DNA of 29,565 nt from an uncultured Chloroflexia bacterium (lineage in GTDB: Bacteria; Chloroflexota; Limnocylindria; Limnocylindrales; CSP1-4). The DNA lies in assembly GCA_963766735.1 (NCBI GenBank), contig CAVYBU010000011.1:1-29565 (forward strand), written 5' to 3'. Each line of letters opens with the position of its first letter. Position 1 is the stretch's first letter. A program made the position numbers and the translations under genes. A model generated the notes under the pieces. It saw nothing but the letters and a program-made list of their open reading frames with translations, ran no database searches and was not told where the DNA came from. Positions 16,338-25,841 of this stretch are shown here, piece by piece.

Positions 16338-17327
16338 TCAGGCGAGCGCAAGCTCCCCCGGTGGGTGGGACAGGTGCCGGAGCGCGAGCCGGTTGCCCGC
16401 GATGGCGCCCCGTCGCACGGCCGCCGGCATCCCAAGGCCTCGATGCCGGGCCTCGACCCACGCGGCCAGGAAGCCGGCGTTGAACGCGTCCCCCGCGCCG
16501 GTGGTGTCGCCTGTCTTGACCGATGCCGTGGCGACCTCGAGGCGGAGAGGCTGGTCGCCGTCGCGGAGCAGCACGATGGCACCCTTGCGGCCGCGCTTGA
16601 CGATCGCGATCGGCGCCAGGTCCAGCAGGCCCGCATGGCGCTTCGAGCCCATGAGGGCTTTGGCCTCGTCGCGGGTGGCGAACAGCAGGTCCGGGGCAGC
16701 CTCCCGGATCAGGGCCAGGGCGGAGCGGCGGCCCTTCGCGAGGAGTGGTCCGCTCGATGAGAGGTCCACCGTCACGAGGGCGCCGGCCTCGCGCGCGAGG
16801 CGGATGGCGACCATGCCGGCCCGGCCCAGCGGCTGGTCCAGGAGCGAGTAGGCCGGGAGGTGGACGACCTCCGCCCCCGCGAACCAGGACGGGTTCAGGT
16901 CCTCCGGCCGGAGCCGCAGGGCGGCCCCCCGATCCGTGACGAAAGAGCGTTCGCCGCCCGCCTCCACGAACACGCCGATCCGACCCGTTGGCGACCCCGC
17001 CACGCGCACCGCCCGCACGGTCACGCCGTCCGCGGCCAAGGCGGCGACGAGGGCCCTGCCTGCAACGTCCCGGCCCACCGCGCACACGAGAGAGCTCCGC
17101 GCGCCGATCTTCCCCAGCCACCGTGCCGTCGAGGCAGCCGAGCCGCCCTGGCGCAGGGCCACGCGTCCGGTGATGTCCGTGCCACGGGCGAGGTCTCGAT
17201 CCGCCGCCAGCACGACATCCATCACCAGGTCGCCGACCACCACGATGCGCGGCCGATGAGCCGCCGGCAGGCGGGTGGACGGGGAGCGGCCGGGAGGGGG
17301 CCGGCTCGAGGCAGGCTGGGCGGGCAT
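16338..17327 (-). CDS. PfkB/ribokinase family kinase, likely pseudouridine kinase
   Basis: [30 protein letters not shown]. Substrate inferred only from proximity to psuG. Start 17327 from the leaderless promoter. Confidence 0.9.
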   Translation of the reverse strand: MPAQPASSRPPPGRSPSTRLPAAHRPRIVVVGDLVMDVVLAADRDLARGTDITGRVALRQGGSAASTARWLGKIGARSSLVCAVGRDVAGRALVAALAADGVTVRAVRVAGSPTGRIGVFVEAGGERSFVTDRGAALRLRPEDLNPSWFAGAEVVHLPAYSLLDQPLGRAGMVAIRLAREAGALVTVDLSSSGPLLAKGRRSALALIREAAPDLLFATRDEAKALMGSKRHAGLLDLAPIAIVKRGRKGAIVLLRDGDQPLRLEVATASVKTGDTTGAGDAFNAGFLAAWVEARHRGLGMPAAVRRGAIAGNRLALRHLSHPPGELALA

Positions 17328-17334
17328 GGCGCCG

Positions 17335-17340
17335 AGGATA
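17335..17340 (-). promoter_or_regulatory. -10 box TATCCT, leaderless PfkB kinase
   Basis: TANNNT 7 nt before ATG 17327. Confidence 0.6.
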
Positions 17341-17355
17341 CGCCGCCGCCCGCGA

Positions 17356-17361
17356 TACGAT
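17356..17361 (+). promoter_or_regulatory. -10 box TACGAT for tkt
   Basis: Near-consensus -10 in the divergent intergenic region. Confidence 0.5.
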
Positions 17362-17448
17362 GGCCCCCGCGGCTCGACTCGCCGCGCCGTGCGCGCCGCC
17401 ACGGGGACGCGCCGGTCCATCCCGCGTCCCGCGCACCCGGAGACAGCG

Positions 17449-19539
17449 ATGACCAGCCCCTCCGACGATCTCGATCTGCTCGCCGTCAACACGATCCGCA
17501 CCCTCTCGATCGACGGAGTGCAGCAGGCGAACTCCGGGCACCCTGGCGCCCCCATGGGCGCGGCGGCGATGGCCTACGCGCTCTGGACTCGCCACCTCCG
17601 CCACGCGCCGACGGATCCCGCCTGGCCGGACCGCGACCGGTTCGTGCTGTCGGCCGGACACGCGTCGATGCTGCTCTACTCGCTGCTCCACCTGACCGGC
17701 TACGCCGTGAGCCTGGACGATCTCCGCTCGTTCCGGCAGTGGGGCTCCATCACGCCCGGCCACCCCGAGTACGGCATGACACCGGGCGTGGAGGCCACCA
17801 CGGGTCCGCTCGGGCAGGGCCTGGTCAACGGCATCGGCATGGCCATCGCGGAGCGCCGCCTCGCCGCTGAGTTCAACAGGCCGGGACACGACGTCGTGGA
17901 CCACCGCACGTACGTCATCTGCTCGGATGGCGACCTGCAGGAGGGGATCACCGCGGAGGCGAGCTCCCTCGCGGGTCACCTGAAGCTGGGCAAGCTCATC
18001 GCCCTCTACGACGACAACCGGATCCAGCTCGACGGCCCCACCGCCTGGACGTTCACCGAGGACGTGCTCGCGCGCTATGCGGCGTACGGCTGGCATACCC
18101 AGCGCATCGAGGACGGAAACGACGTCGCGGCGATCTCGGCGGCCATCGAGGCTGCGAGGGCCGACGGCCGCCCGTCGATCATCGCGGTCCATACCCACAT
18201 CGGCTTCGGCAGCCCCAACAAGCATGACAGCCAGAAGTCGCACGGCGCCCCGCTCGGCCCGGATGAGGTCCGCCTCACCAAGGAGGCGTACGGCTGGGAC
18301 CCGGACAAGACCTTCTTCGTCCCCGACGAGGCGGGCGAGCTGTTCCGCCGTGCCGTCCCCGCGGGCGAGGCGCTCGTGGCGGATTGGGAGGCGCGTGTCA
18401 CCGCCTACGCGGCCGACTTCCCCGCCGAGGCGGCCGAGCTCCGCCGCCGCGTGAGCGGTGCGCTGCCCACCGGTTGGGACCAGGCGCTCCCGGCCTACGA
18501 CACCGGTTCCGGGATCGCCACCCGGAACGCCAGCCAGGACGCGATCCAGGCGCTGGCCGCGGCCCTGCCGGAGCTGTTCGGCGGGTCCGCAGACCTGTCC
18601 GAGTCCAACCTGACGGACGTCAAGGCGCTGGGCCACGACCACTTCGAGGCCGATCACGCGGGGCGCAACATCCGCTTCGGCGTGCGCGAGCACGCGATGG
18701 GCGGCATCGCCAACGGCATCGCCTACCACGGCGGGTTCCTCCCCTACTGCGCGACGTTCCTGACGTTCAGCGACTACATGCGGGGCTCGGTGCGGATCGC
18801 GGCCCTCTCCGGCCTCCACGTCACCTACGTCTGGACCCACGACTCCGTGGGCCTGGGGGAGGACGGGCCAACGCACCAGCCGGTCGAGCACTACGCGGCG
18901 CTGCGCGCGATCCCGAACCTGTGGTTCATCCGCCCCGGCGACGGGAACGAGGCGATCGCTGCCTGGGCGCTGGCGGCAGAGCGGTCATCGCTCGCGGATG
19001 CCGCCCCCGGACCTGTGGCGCTGGCGTTCACCCGCCAGAAGCTGCCGACGCTGCCGGGCACGAAGGAGGGGGCACGCGATGGCGTCCGCCGCGGCGGGTA
19101 CGTGCTCAGGGAAGCGACCGGGGGAACGCCCGAGCTCATCCTCGTGGCCACCGGATCCGAGCTGGCCCTGTGCGCGACGGCTGCCGATGCGCTGGAGGCC
19201 GACGGCATCCCGACCCGCGTCGTGAGCCTGCCGTGCTGGGAGCGGTTCGAGACACAGGACGCCGCCTATCGCGAGAGCGTGCTCCCGGCGGGCGTGCGCA
19301 AGCGGGTGACGGTCGAGGCCGGCGTCTCCCAGGGCTGGGAGCGCTGGGCCGGCGACGAGGGCGCGATCCTGGGGCTGGACCGGTTCGGGGCCAGCGCACC
19401 GGCCGGGACCATCCTGGAGGCCTTCGGGTTCACCGCCGAGAACGTCGCATCTGTGGGGCGGCGGGTGGTCCGCGAGGGGCTCCGCGGGCGCGTCGGCGTC
19501 TCCGATCCGTCCCTTGGCCACCCGCACGTACGCGGCTGA
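17449..19539 (+). CDS. tkt: Transketolase
   Basis: GGAGA RBS; [16 protein letters not shown]...DDN TPP motif, [18 protein letters not shown]; 696 aa. Confidence 0.98.
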   Translation: MTSPSDDLDLLAVNTIRTLSIDGVQQANSGHPGAPMGAAAMAYALWTRHLRHAPTDPAWPDRDRFVLSAGHASMLLYSLLHLTGYAVSLDDLRSFRQWGSITPGHPEYGMTPGVEATTGPLGQGLVNGIGMAIAERRLAAEFNRPGHDVVDHRTYVICSDGDLQEGITAEASSLAGHLKLGKLIALYDDNRIQLDGPTAWTFTEDVLARYAAYGWHTQRIEDGNDVAAISAAIEAARADGRPSIIAVHTHIGFGSPNKHDSQKSHGAPLGPDEVRLTKEAYGWDPDKTFFVPDEAGELFRRAVPAGEALVADWEARVTAYAADFPAEAAELRRRVSGALPTGWDQALPAYDTGSGIATRNASQDAIQALAAALPELFGGSADLSESNLTDVKALGHDHFEADHAGRNIRFGVREHAMGGIANGIAYHGGFLPYCATFLTFSDYMRGSVRIAALSGLHVTYVWTHDSVGLGEDGPTHQPVEHYAALRAIPNLWFIRPGDGNEAIAAWALAAERSSLADAAPGPVALAFTRQKLPTLPGTKEGARDGVRRGGYVLREATGGTPELILVATGSELALCATAADALEADGIPTRVVSLPCWERFETQDAAYRESVLPAGVRKRVTVEAGVSQGWERWAGDEGAILGLDRFGASAPAGTILEAFGFTAENVASVGRRVVREGLRGRVGVSDPSLGHPHVRG

Positions 19540-19552
19540 AGGAGCGACGGCG

Positions 19553-20041
19553 ATGCGCGTTGCGTTGGCGGCCGATCACGCTGGGGCCGCGTTCAAGGAC
19601 GAGCTCATGGCGAAGCTGGAGGCGCTGCTCCAGGCCGATGACGAGCTGATCGATCTCGGTGGCGACGGCTCCGACCCGCAGGACGACTACCCGGACTTCG
19701 CGTGGCTCCTTGGCCAGGCAATCCAGACCGGGCACGCGGACCGGGGGATCCTGGTCTGCGGCTCCGGCGTGGGGGCGTCCATCGCGGTCAACAAGATGCG
19801 CGGCATCCGGGCGGGGCTCTGCCACGACACCTACTCCGCGCACCAGGGCGTCGAGCACGACGACATGAACGTGCTTGCGCTGGGGGCCAGGGTGATCGGG
19901 ATCGAACCGGCGGTGGAGTGCGCGGAGGCGTTCCTCGCGGCGCGCTTCTCGGGCGAGCCCCGGCACCGGCGGCGCGTGGGCAAGGTGCTGGCGATCGAGG
20001 CGTCCTCGATGGGCCCGGCCGAGGGCAGGGGAGAGGGCTGA
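19553..20041 (+). CDS. rpiB: Ribose-5-phosphate isomerase B
   Basis: AAGGAG RBS; ADHAG, DDYPD, GILVCGSGVG, HDDMNVLALG, RHRRRV. Confidence 0.95.
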   Translation: MRVALAADHAGAAFKDELMAKLEALLQADDELIDLGGDGSDPQDDYPDFAWLLGQAIQTGHADRGILVCGSGVGASIAVNKMRGIRAGLCHDTYSAHQGVEHDDMNVLALGARVIGIEPAVECAEAFLAARFSGEPRHRRRVGKVLAIEASSMGPAEGRGEG

Positions 20042-20106
20042 CCGAGAACACCTCCACCGAGGCCTGACGCCCATCCGCGTCGAAGGCGGTCGCTGGCGTG
20101 CAGGCC

Positions 20107-20112
20107 TATGCT
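20107..20112 (+). promoter_or_regulatory. -10 box TATGCT, internal promoter for gnd-zwf-opcA-pgl
   Basis: TANNNT in the 119-nt rpiB-gnd gap. Confidence 0.45.
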
Positions 20113-20160
20113 TGACCCGCCGCCGTCGCACCCAGTTCCGGCCGCCAACGGAGATCCCTC

Positions 20161-21060
20161 ATGCGCATCGGCTTCATCGGACTCGGACGGATGGGCGCGA
20201 ACATGGTCCGCCGCCTGCTCCTCGACGGCCACGAGATCGTTGCCTACAACCGGACGCCCGAGAGGACGACCGAGATCGCGAAGGAGGGAGCCGAGGCCGC
20301 CTTCTCGATCGGAGAGCTGGTCTCGAAGCTGGAGAGACCTCGCCACGTCTGGATCATGGTCCCGGCAGGCGACGCCACTCAGGCGCAGATCGACGAGCTG
20401 CTGGAGCACCTGGAGCCCGGCGACACGATCATCGACGGCGGCAACACCAATTTCCACGACGACGTCCGACGCCACGCCGAGCTCAAGGTCAAGGGCATCG
20501 CCTACGTCGACGCCGGCACGTCCGGGGGGATCTGGGGACTCCAGGTCGGGTACTGCCTGATGACCGGTGGTGAGGCCGAAGCCGTGAAGCCGCTGGAGCC
20601 CATCTTCCTGTCGCTGGCACCTGAGGGCGGGTACATGCATGTGGGCGGGCCGGGCGCAGGCCACTACGTGAAGATGGTCCACAACGGCATCGAGTACGGC
20701 CTGATGCAGGCGTACGCCGAAGGCTTCGAGATCATGCACGCGTCCGACTACGACCTCGACCTTGGGGGCATCGCCGAGATGTGGAACCACGGTTCGGTCG
20801 TGCGCTCGTGGCTGCTGGAGCTGGCGGTCCGGGCGTTCGCGTCGCAGGGCAACGACCTGGCGCACCTGAAGGGCTGGGTGGCGGACTCCGGCGAGGGCCG
20901 CTGGACGGTGCAGGAGGCGATCGACAGGGACGTCCCGGCGCCGGTCATCACGCTTGCGCTGCTGACCCGGTTCCGCTCGCGCCAGGATGATTCCTACGGC
21001 GGCAAGGTGCTCGCCGCGCTCCGCAACGAGTTTGGCGGCCACACGGTCAAGACGGGCTAG
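20161..21060 (+). CDS. gnd: 6-phosphogluconate dehydrogenase (decarboxylating), short-chain form
   Basis: GLGRMG, IDGGN, GTSGG, VKMVHNGIEYG, DSGEGRW, RNEFGGH; 299 aa. Confidence 0.96.
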   Translation: MRIGFIGLGRMGANMVRRLLLDGHEIVAYNRTPERTTEIAKEGAEAAFSIGELVSKLERPRHVWIMVPAGDATQAQIDELLEHLEPGDTIIDGGNTNFHDDVRRHAELKVKGIAYVDAGTSGGIWGLQVGYCLMTGGEAEAVKPLEPIFLSLAPEGGYMHVGGPGAGHYVKMVHNGIEYGLMQAYAEGFEIMHASDYDLDLGGIAEMWNHGSVVRSWLLELAVRAFASQGNDLAHLKGWVADSGEGRWTVQEAIDRDVPAPVITLALLTRFRSRQDDSYGGKVLAALRNEFGGHTVKTG

Positions 21061-21062
21061 AC

Positions 21063-22748
21063 GTGGCGAAACCTCCGGGGGCCACCGCCGGGACGCCCGG
21101 CGCGCCCGCGAGCCCCGCGCCCGCGAGCTCCGCGCCGCCTGCGAGGAAGGACGCCCCGCGCACCATGCGGGACCTGCGCCTCGCCACCGAGAGCCGGCGT
21201 CGCACCCCCGCGGCAAAGCCCCTGGACAACCCGCTCCGCGACGGCCTCCGCCTGGAGCGCGTCCCGGAGCCGGCCGTCTTCGTCCTGTTCGGCGCCACCG
21301 GCGACCTCGCCCACCGCAAGGTCATCCCGGCGCTGTTCCAGCTGTGGCGCACGCACCTGCTCCCCCATGAGTTCACGTTGGTGGCCGTCGGCCGCCGCCC
21401 GTACACGGACGAGACCTTCCGGCGGGAGCTGAAGGAATCGCTGGACAGGTACTCCCGCGTCCAGCCGGTTGATGCGGAGGCGTGGGACGAGCTCGCCTCC
21501 CGGATCGTCTACCACCGCGGCGACTTCGCCGATCCCGCGGCGTACACGTCCCTGGCGGAGCTCCTGGACGGCCTCGACCAGACGCACGGCACCCGCGGCA
21601 ACCGGGTCTTCTACCTGGCCACGCAGCCGTCGGCGTTCGCGGAGATCGTGGCCCAGATCGGCCGGGTGGGCCTGGACCACGAACGCCACGAAGGCGGCTG
21701 GCGACGGGTCGTCATCGAGAAGCCGTTCGGGCGGGACCTTGACTCCGCGATCCGCCTCAACCGCGAGGTCGGGAAGGTCTTCCGGGAGCGGCAGGTCTAC
21801 CGCATCGACCATTACCTGGGCAAGGAGACGGTCCGCAACCTGCTGGTCTTCCGGTTCGGAAACGGCATCTTCGAGCCCATCTGGAACCGCCGCCACATCG
21901 ACCACGTGCAGATCACCGTGGCGGAATCCATCGGGATCGAGGGCCGTGGCGCCTTCTACGAGGAGACGGGCGCCAGCCGCGACTTCCTCCAGAACCACCT
22001 CCTCCAGCTGCTGAGCCTGGTCGCAATGGAGCCGCCGGCAACCTTCCAGGCCGATGCGCTGCGCGACGAGAAGGTCAAGGTCATCCGTGCCATTGGCAGG
22101 CTCACCCCGGAGCAGGCCCGCCGCGACGTCGTGCGCGGGCAGTACGGCCCAGGGTGGGTCGCGGCCAAGCCGGCCCACGGGTACCGCGCGGAACCCGCCG
22201 TCGATCCAGCGTCCGAGACCGAGACCTACATCGCGGCCCGCCTCACGATCGATGACTGGCGCTGGTCGGGGGTTCCGTTCTTCCTGCGGATGGGCAAGCG
22301 CCTCCCGAAGCGGGCGACCGAGATCGCGATCCAGTTCAAGGAGGTGCCGCACCAGCTGTTCCAGGACAGCGCCACGGATCCGGAGCCCAACCTGCTCGCG
22401 ATGCGGATCCAGCCGGATGAGGGGATCATGCTCCGCTTCGGGGCCAAGGTCCCGGGCCTGGGCATCGACGTCCGCAACGTGACGATGGACTTCACCTACG
22501 GCTCCGCGTTCCAGACGGACAGCCCGGATGCCTACGAGACGCTGATCCTGGACGTGCTCCTCGGCGATGCCTCGCTGTTCACCCGAGCCGACGAGGTGGA
22601 GGAGGCCTGGTCGATCGTGGACCCGATCGTCGCCACCTGGGCCGAGCAGGAGGCTCCTCCCTTCCCGAACTACGAGGCGGGCACGTGGGGTCCCGAGGCC
22701 GCCGACGATCTGCTCGCCCGCGAGGGCCGACGGTGGCGCAGGATCTAG
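21063..22748 (+). CDS. zwf: Glucose-6-phosphate 1-dehydrogenase
   Basis: GATGDLAHRK, EKPFG, RIDHYLGKE, WRWSGVPF. The start may be the later ATG (MRDLRL). Confidence 0.97.
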   Translation: MAKPPGATAGTPGAPASPAPASSAPPARKDAPRTMRDLRLATESRRRTPAAKPLDNPLRDGLRLERVPEPAVFVLFGATGDLAHRKVIPALFQLWRTHLLPHEFTLVAVGRRPYTDETFRRELKESLDRYSRVQPVDAEAWDELASRIVYHRGDFADPAAYTSLAELLDGLDQTHGTRGNRVFYLATQPSAFAEIVAQIGRVGLDHERHEGGWRRVVIEKPFGRDLDSAIRLNREVGKVFRERQVYRIDHYLGKETVRNLLVFRFGNGIFEPIWNRRHIDHVQITVAESIGIEGRGAFYEETGASRDFLQNHLLQLLSLVAMEPPATFQADALRDEKVKVIRAIGRLTPEQARRDVVRGQYGPGWVAAKPAHGYRAEPAVDPASETETYIAARLTIDDWRWSGVPFFLRMGKRLPKRATEIAIQFKEVPHQLFQDSATDPEPNLLAMRIQPDEGIMLRFGAKVPGLGIDVRNVTMDFTYGSAFQTDSPDAYETLILDVLLGDASLFTRADEVEEAWSIVDPIVATWAEQEAPPFPNYEAGTWGPEAADDLLAREGRRWRRI

Positions 22749-24097
22749 GCCGCCCCGCCGGGGCGGCGAAGCCGGGCGAGATCATCGCCGTCGGGACGCG
22801 GCCGAGCGGCGGCGGGCGGATCCAGCCACTCGAGGTGTCGAGACCGGGAGAGCCGATGCTGCGCTGGCTGTCCCGCGCCCGCACCATCGACGACATCGAG
22901 ACGGAGCTGGCGCGGATCTGGGCCCAGCCGAACCTGATGGTGGACGCGAACGGCGAGCGGCGCGGCCGGTACATCGCGGCCCGGACCAGCGTGATGAACC
23001 TGGCGGTCATTGCGCAGAAGCCGGAGGTGGGCGAGTGGGCGGCGGAGATCATCAGCCGCCTGGCCGGCCGGCACCCCAGCCGCACGATGGTGGTGCTCTC
23101 CGCGGATCCGGACGGGCCGCCCTGGCTGGACGCCCGGATCGAGGCCCACTGCGTCCTGCCGCGGCCCGATGCCCCGGAAATGTGCTCGGAGGTGATCCAC
23201 CTCACGGCTGGAGGCGAGACGGGCCGACACCTGACGGCGCTGGTGGCCCCGCTGCTCATCCACGACCTGCCGGTGACCACCTGGTGGCCCGGCGAGCCGC
23301 CGCTCGACTCGGTCCCCACGGTCGAGCTGCTGGACATCGCAGACCGCCTCGTGGTGGACGGTTCGGGCTGGTCCGGTGACGGCCTGGTGCGCCTCCGCCA
23401 GCTCGCCCGCCTGTACGACGAGCACGAGCGGATCGCGATCCGTGACTTCGCCCTGGTCCGGCAGTCGCGCTGGCGCGAGGCAATCGCCACCGTCTTCGAC
23501 CTCGCGGAGTTCCTCCCCTTCCTCGGGCACGTCCGGCGGATCGCGGTCACCTACGGGACGCACGACGAGACCGGAGCACCCGGCACGACCAACGTCGTCA
23601 AGCCGCTGTACCACGCGGCCTGGCTTGCGGCCCGGCTGGGGATGCGGGTCGTATCCCCATTGACGCCGGTCGAAGCACGGGGGCAGGCACGGGGGGGCCG
23701 CCGGGGCGCGGGCGGGGGCACGGGCGGACGGCCCCGGCCCGGCGAGAGGGCGCCGCTCCACCACGGGCTCGCGGCGCGCCTGCGCAGCAAGACCTCCGAC
23801 GTGGCGGTCGTGATCCGGCCGATCGCCTCTCCGATGCCTGCCGGGACGACACTGCGCGTGGAGCTCCTCGCCCACCGGCGCGGCTCGGAGCTGCGCGCGG
23901 ACGTGACCGCCGAGGCGGAGAACGTCCACGTCCACGCCTGGCTGGACGGCGTTGAGGCGATGGACCGGACATTCAAGGCGCCGCGACCCACGGATGCCGA
24001 CCTGCTGGGCGAGGCCCTCGAGATGGGAGGCCGCGATCCGCTCGCGGTGGAAACCATCCGCATGGCCGCGCGCCTCGCGGGAGACGTCGACCTGTGA
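22733..24097 (+). CDS. opcA: G6PDH assembly/effector protein OpcA
   Basis: Directly after zwf, with an overlapping GTG (VAQDL); HPSR, PLLIHDLPVTTWWPG, RLVVDG motifs. Confidence 0.88.
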   Translation: MAQDLGRPAGAAKPGEIIAVGTRPSGGGRIQPLEVSRPGEPMLRWLSRARTIDDIETELARIWAQPNLMVDANGERRGRYIAARTSVMNLAVIAQKPEVGEWAAEIISRLAGRHPSRTMVVLSADPDGPPWLDARIEAHCVLPRPDAPEMCSEVIHLTAGGETGRHLTALVAPLLIHDLPVTTWWPGEPPLDSVPTVELLDIADRLVVDGSGWSGDGLVRLRQLARLYDEHERIAIRDFALVRQSRWREAIATVFDLAEFLPFLGHVRRIAVTYGTHDETGAPGTTNVVKPLYHAAWLAARLGMRVVSPLTPVEARGQARGGRRGAGGGTGGRPRPGERAPLHHGLAARLRSKTSDVAVVIRPIASPMPAGTTLRVELLAHRRGSELRADVTAEAENVHVHAWLDGVEAMDRTFKAPRPTDADLLGEALEMGGRDPLAVETIRMAARLAGDVDL

Positions 24098-24903
24098 TCG
24101 CCCCGCGCCCCCGTCGCCTGCCCATCGTCCGCGTCCTGCCGACGCCCGACGCTGCGGCCGAGGCCGCGGCGACAGCGATCGTCGTCGCCCTGGAGGCCGC
24201 GATCGCGGAACGGGGCGTTGCCCACTGGGCCACCACGGGTGGCTCGGCGGCCCCGGGGATCTACCGGCACCTGCGCGTCCCGCCCCTCCGGGATCTCGTG
24301 GACTGGTCGAGCGTCCACGTCTGGTGGGGCGACGACCGGTTCGTCCCGGCCGGCGACCCACTGTCGAACGTGCTGCCGCTCAACGAGATGCTGCTGGCCG
24401 CCGAAGGGGACGACGGCGACCACGGCGGGATCCGGATCCCGGTCTCGAACGTGCACCCGGTACCGGTCGCCGAGGCCATCGTCAACGGTGACGGCCCCGT
24501 CGGTGCGGCGGCGGCCTACGAGACGTCGCTCCTCCTTGAAGGCCCCGGACGGGATCAGGAGGGCGTTCCGGCCTTCGACGTCCTGGTGCTGGGCGTCGGC
24601 CCCGACGGCCACGTGCTCTCGGTCTTCCCCGGGTCCGCGGTCTGGGAGGAGGGATCGCTCGTGCGGGCGGTGCCGGCCCCGACCCACGTGGAACCGCACG
24701 TGGAGCGCGTGACGATGCACCCGGACGTCGTCGCTGCCGCGAGATCCGTCCTCGTGGTGTCCACCGGGGCGTCCAAGGCGGCCGTGCTCGGCGCGGCCTG
24801 GGGCGGCGACGACGCCCGCGATCTGCCGGTGCGCATGACGATGGCCACCAACGCAACGTGGATCCTGGACGAGGCCGCGGCGTCCGAGCTGCCGCGCGAG
24901 TAG
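24094..24903 (+). CDS. pgl: 6-phosphogluconolactonase
   Basis: GTGA overlap; TGGS, WWGDDRFVP, LGVGPDGHVLSVFPG, ERVTM. Confidence 0.95.
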   Translation: MIAPRPRRLPIVRVLPTPDAAAEAAATAIVVALEAAIAERGVAHWATTGGSAAPGIYRHLRVPPLRDLVDWSSVHVWWGDDRFVPAGDPLSNVLPLNEMLLAAEGDDGDHGGIRIPVSNVHPVPVAEAIVNGDGPVGAAAAYETSLLLEGPGRDQEGVPAFDVLVLGVGPDGHVLSVFPGSAVWEEGSLVRAVPAPTHVEPHVERVTMHPDVVAAARSVLVVSTGASKAAVLGAAWGGDDARDLPVRMTMATNATWILDEAAASELPRE

Positions 24904-24914
24904 GGCTGCCAGCC

Positions 24915-25748
24915 ATGGCCGCGCCCTTCCCCGACGCGCCGAGCCGCATCGTCACGTCCCGCGATGGCACGTCCATCGCCGTGTTCTCGACAGGACTGGG
25001 GCCGGACGTGCTGCTGGTGCACGGGACCAGCGCGGATCACCGCACGTGGCGGGTGGTGGCGCCGGCCCTCGCGGGCCGGCGGAGGGTCCATGCGCTGGAC
25101 CGGCGGGGACGCGGGAACTCGAGCGACGGGGCGGCCTATGCGATCGACCGCGAGCTGGAGGACATCGCTGCGGTCGCGGACATCATGGCGGACGAGGCAG
25201 GTGGACCGATCGACGTCGTCGGGCATTCGCTGGGCGGGCGGATTGCGCTGGCCGCGAGTCGGCTGACGGGGAGCATCCGGCGGATCGTCGCCTACGAGGG
25301 CGCGCCCGCGGCACGTGATGCGTCGGGGCGGAGCGATGACGAGGAGCTGCTCCGCCGTCTCCGTGCGGACCTCGCGGCGGGTGACCTGGACGGGCTGCTC
25401 GCACGATTCATGACGGAGGCTGTGGGCATGCCGGCGGCGGAGCTCTCGGCGTTCCGCGCCGACCCCATCTGGGCGCGGCGGGCAGCAGCCGGCCCGACCG
25501 TCGTCCGCGAGCTGGACGCCGCCCTCCACGCTCCGGCGATCGCCGCGGACACCCTCGCGCTGGTGACCGTCCCCGTCCTGCAGCTGACCGGCTCCCTGTC
25601 CCCCGCCTGGTTCCGGGACGGTGCCGTGGCTCTCGACGCCAGCCTCGCGAAGGGCCACCTCGAAGTCATCGAGGGCGCGCGCCATGCGGCGCACCACACG
25701 CACCCCGCCGAGTTCCTCGCCCACCTCCAGTCGTTCTTCGCCGACTGA
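24915..25748 (+). CDS. Alpha/beta fold hydrolase
   Basis: LLVHG, DRRGRGNS, GHSLGG, GARHAAH; 277 aa. Confidence 0.9.
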   Translation: MAAPFPDAPSRIVTSRDGTSIAVFSTGLGPDVLLVHGTSADHRTWRVVAPALAGRRRVHALDRRGRGNSSDGAAYAIDRELEDIAAVADIMADEAGGPIDVVGHSLGGRIALAASRLTGSIRRIVAYEGAPAARDASGRSDDEELLRRLRADLAAGDLDGLLARFMTEAVGMPAAELSAFRADPIWARRAAAGPTVVRELDAALHAPAIAADTLALVTVPVLQLTGSLSPAWFRDGAVALDASLAKGHLEVIEGARHAAHHTHPAEFLAHLQSFFAD

Positions 25749-25829
25749 CGCACTGGGCAGTCACACGATGACGTCCTCCCGGTTCGCCTCACCGCAGCCG
25801 GCGGCACGTCACGGACTCGGCCGGGAGGC

Positions 25830-25835
25830 TAACAT
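25830..25835 (+). promoter_or_regulatory. -10 box TAACAT, leaderless citrate synthase
   Basis: TANNNT 6 nt before ATG 25842. Confidence 0.6.
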
Positions 25836-25841
25836 TCGCGC

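Noticed and set aside
16153-18891. Long antisense/alternative-frame ORFs (also 12397-14160, 14334-16253, 19831-21216, 21057-22352, 22745-24361, 28030-29010)
   Set aside because: They shadow well-conserved genes, have no recognisable motifs, and are expected from stop-codon scarcity in high-GC DNA.
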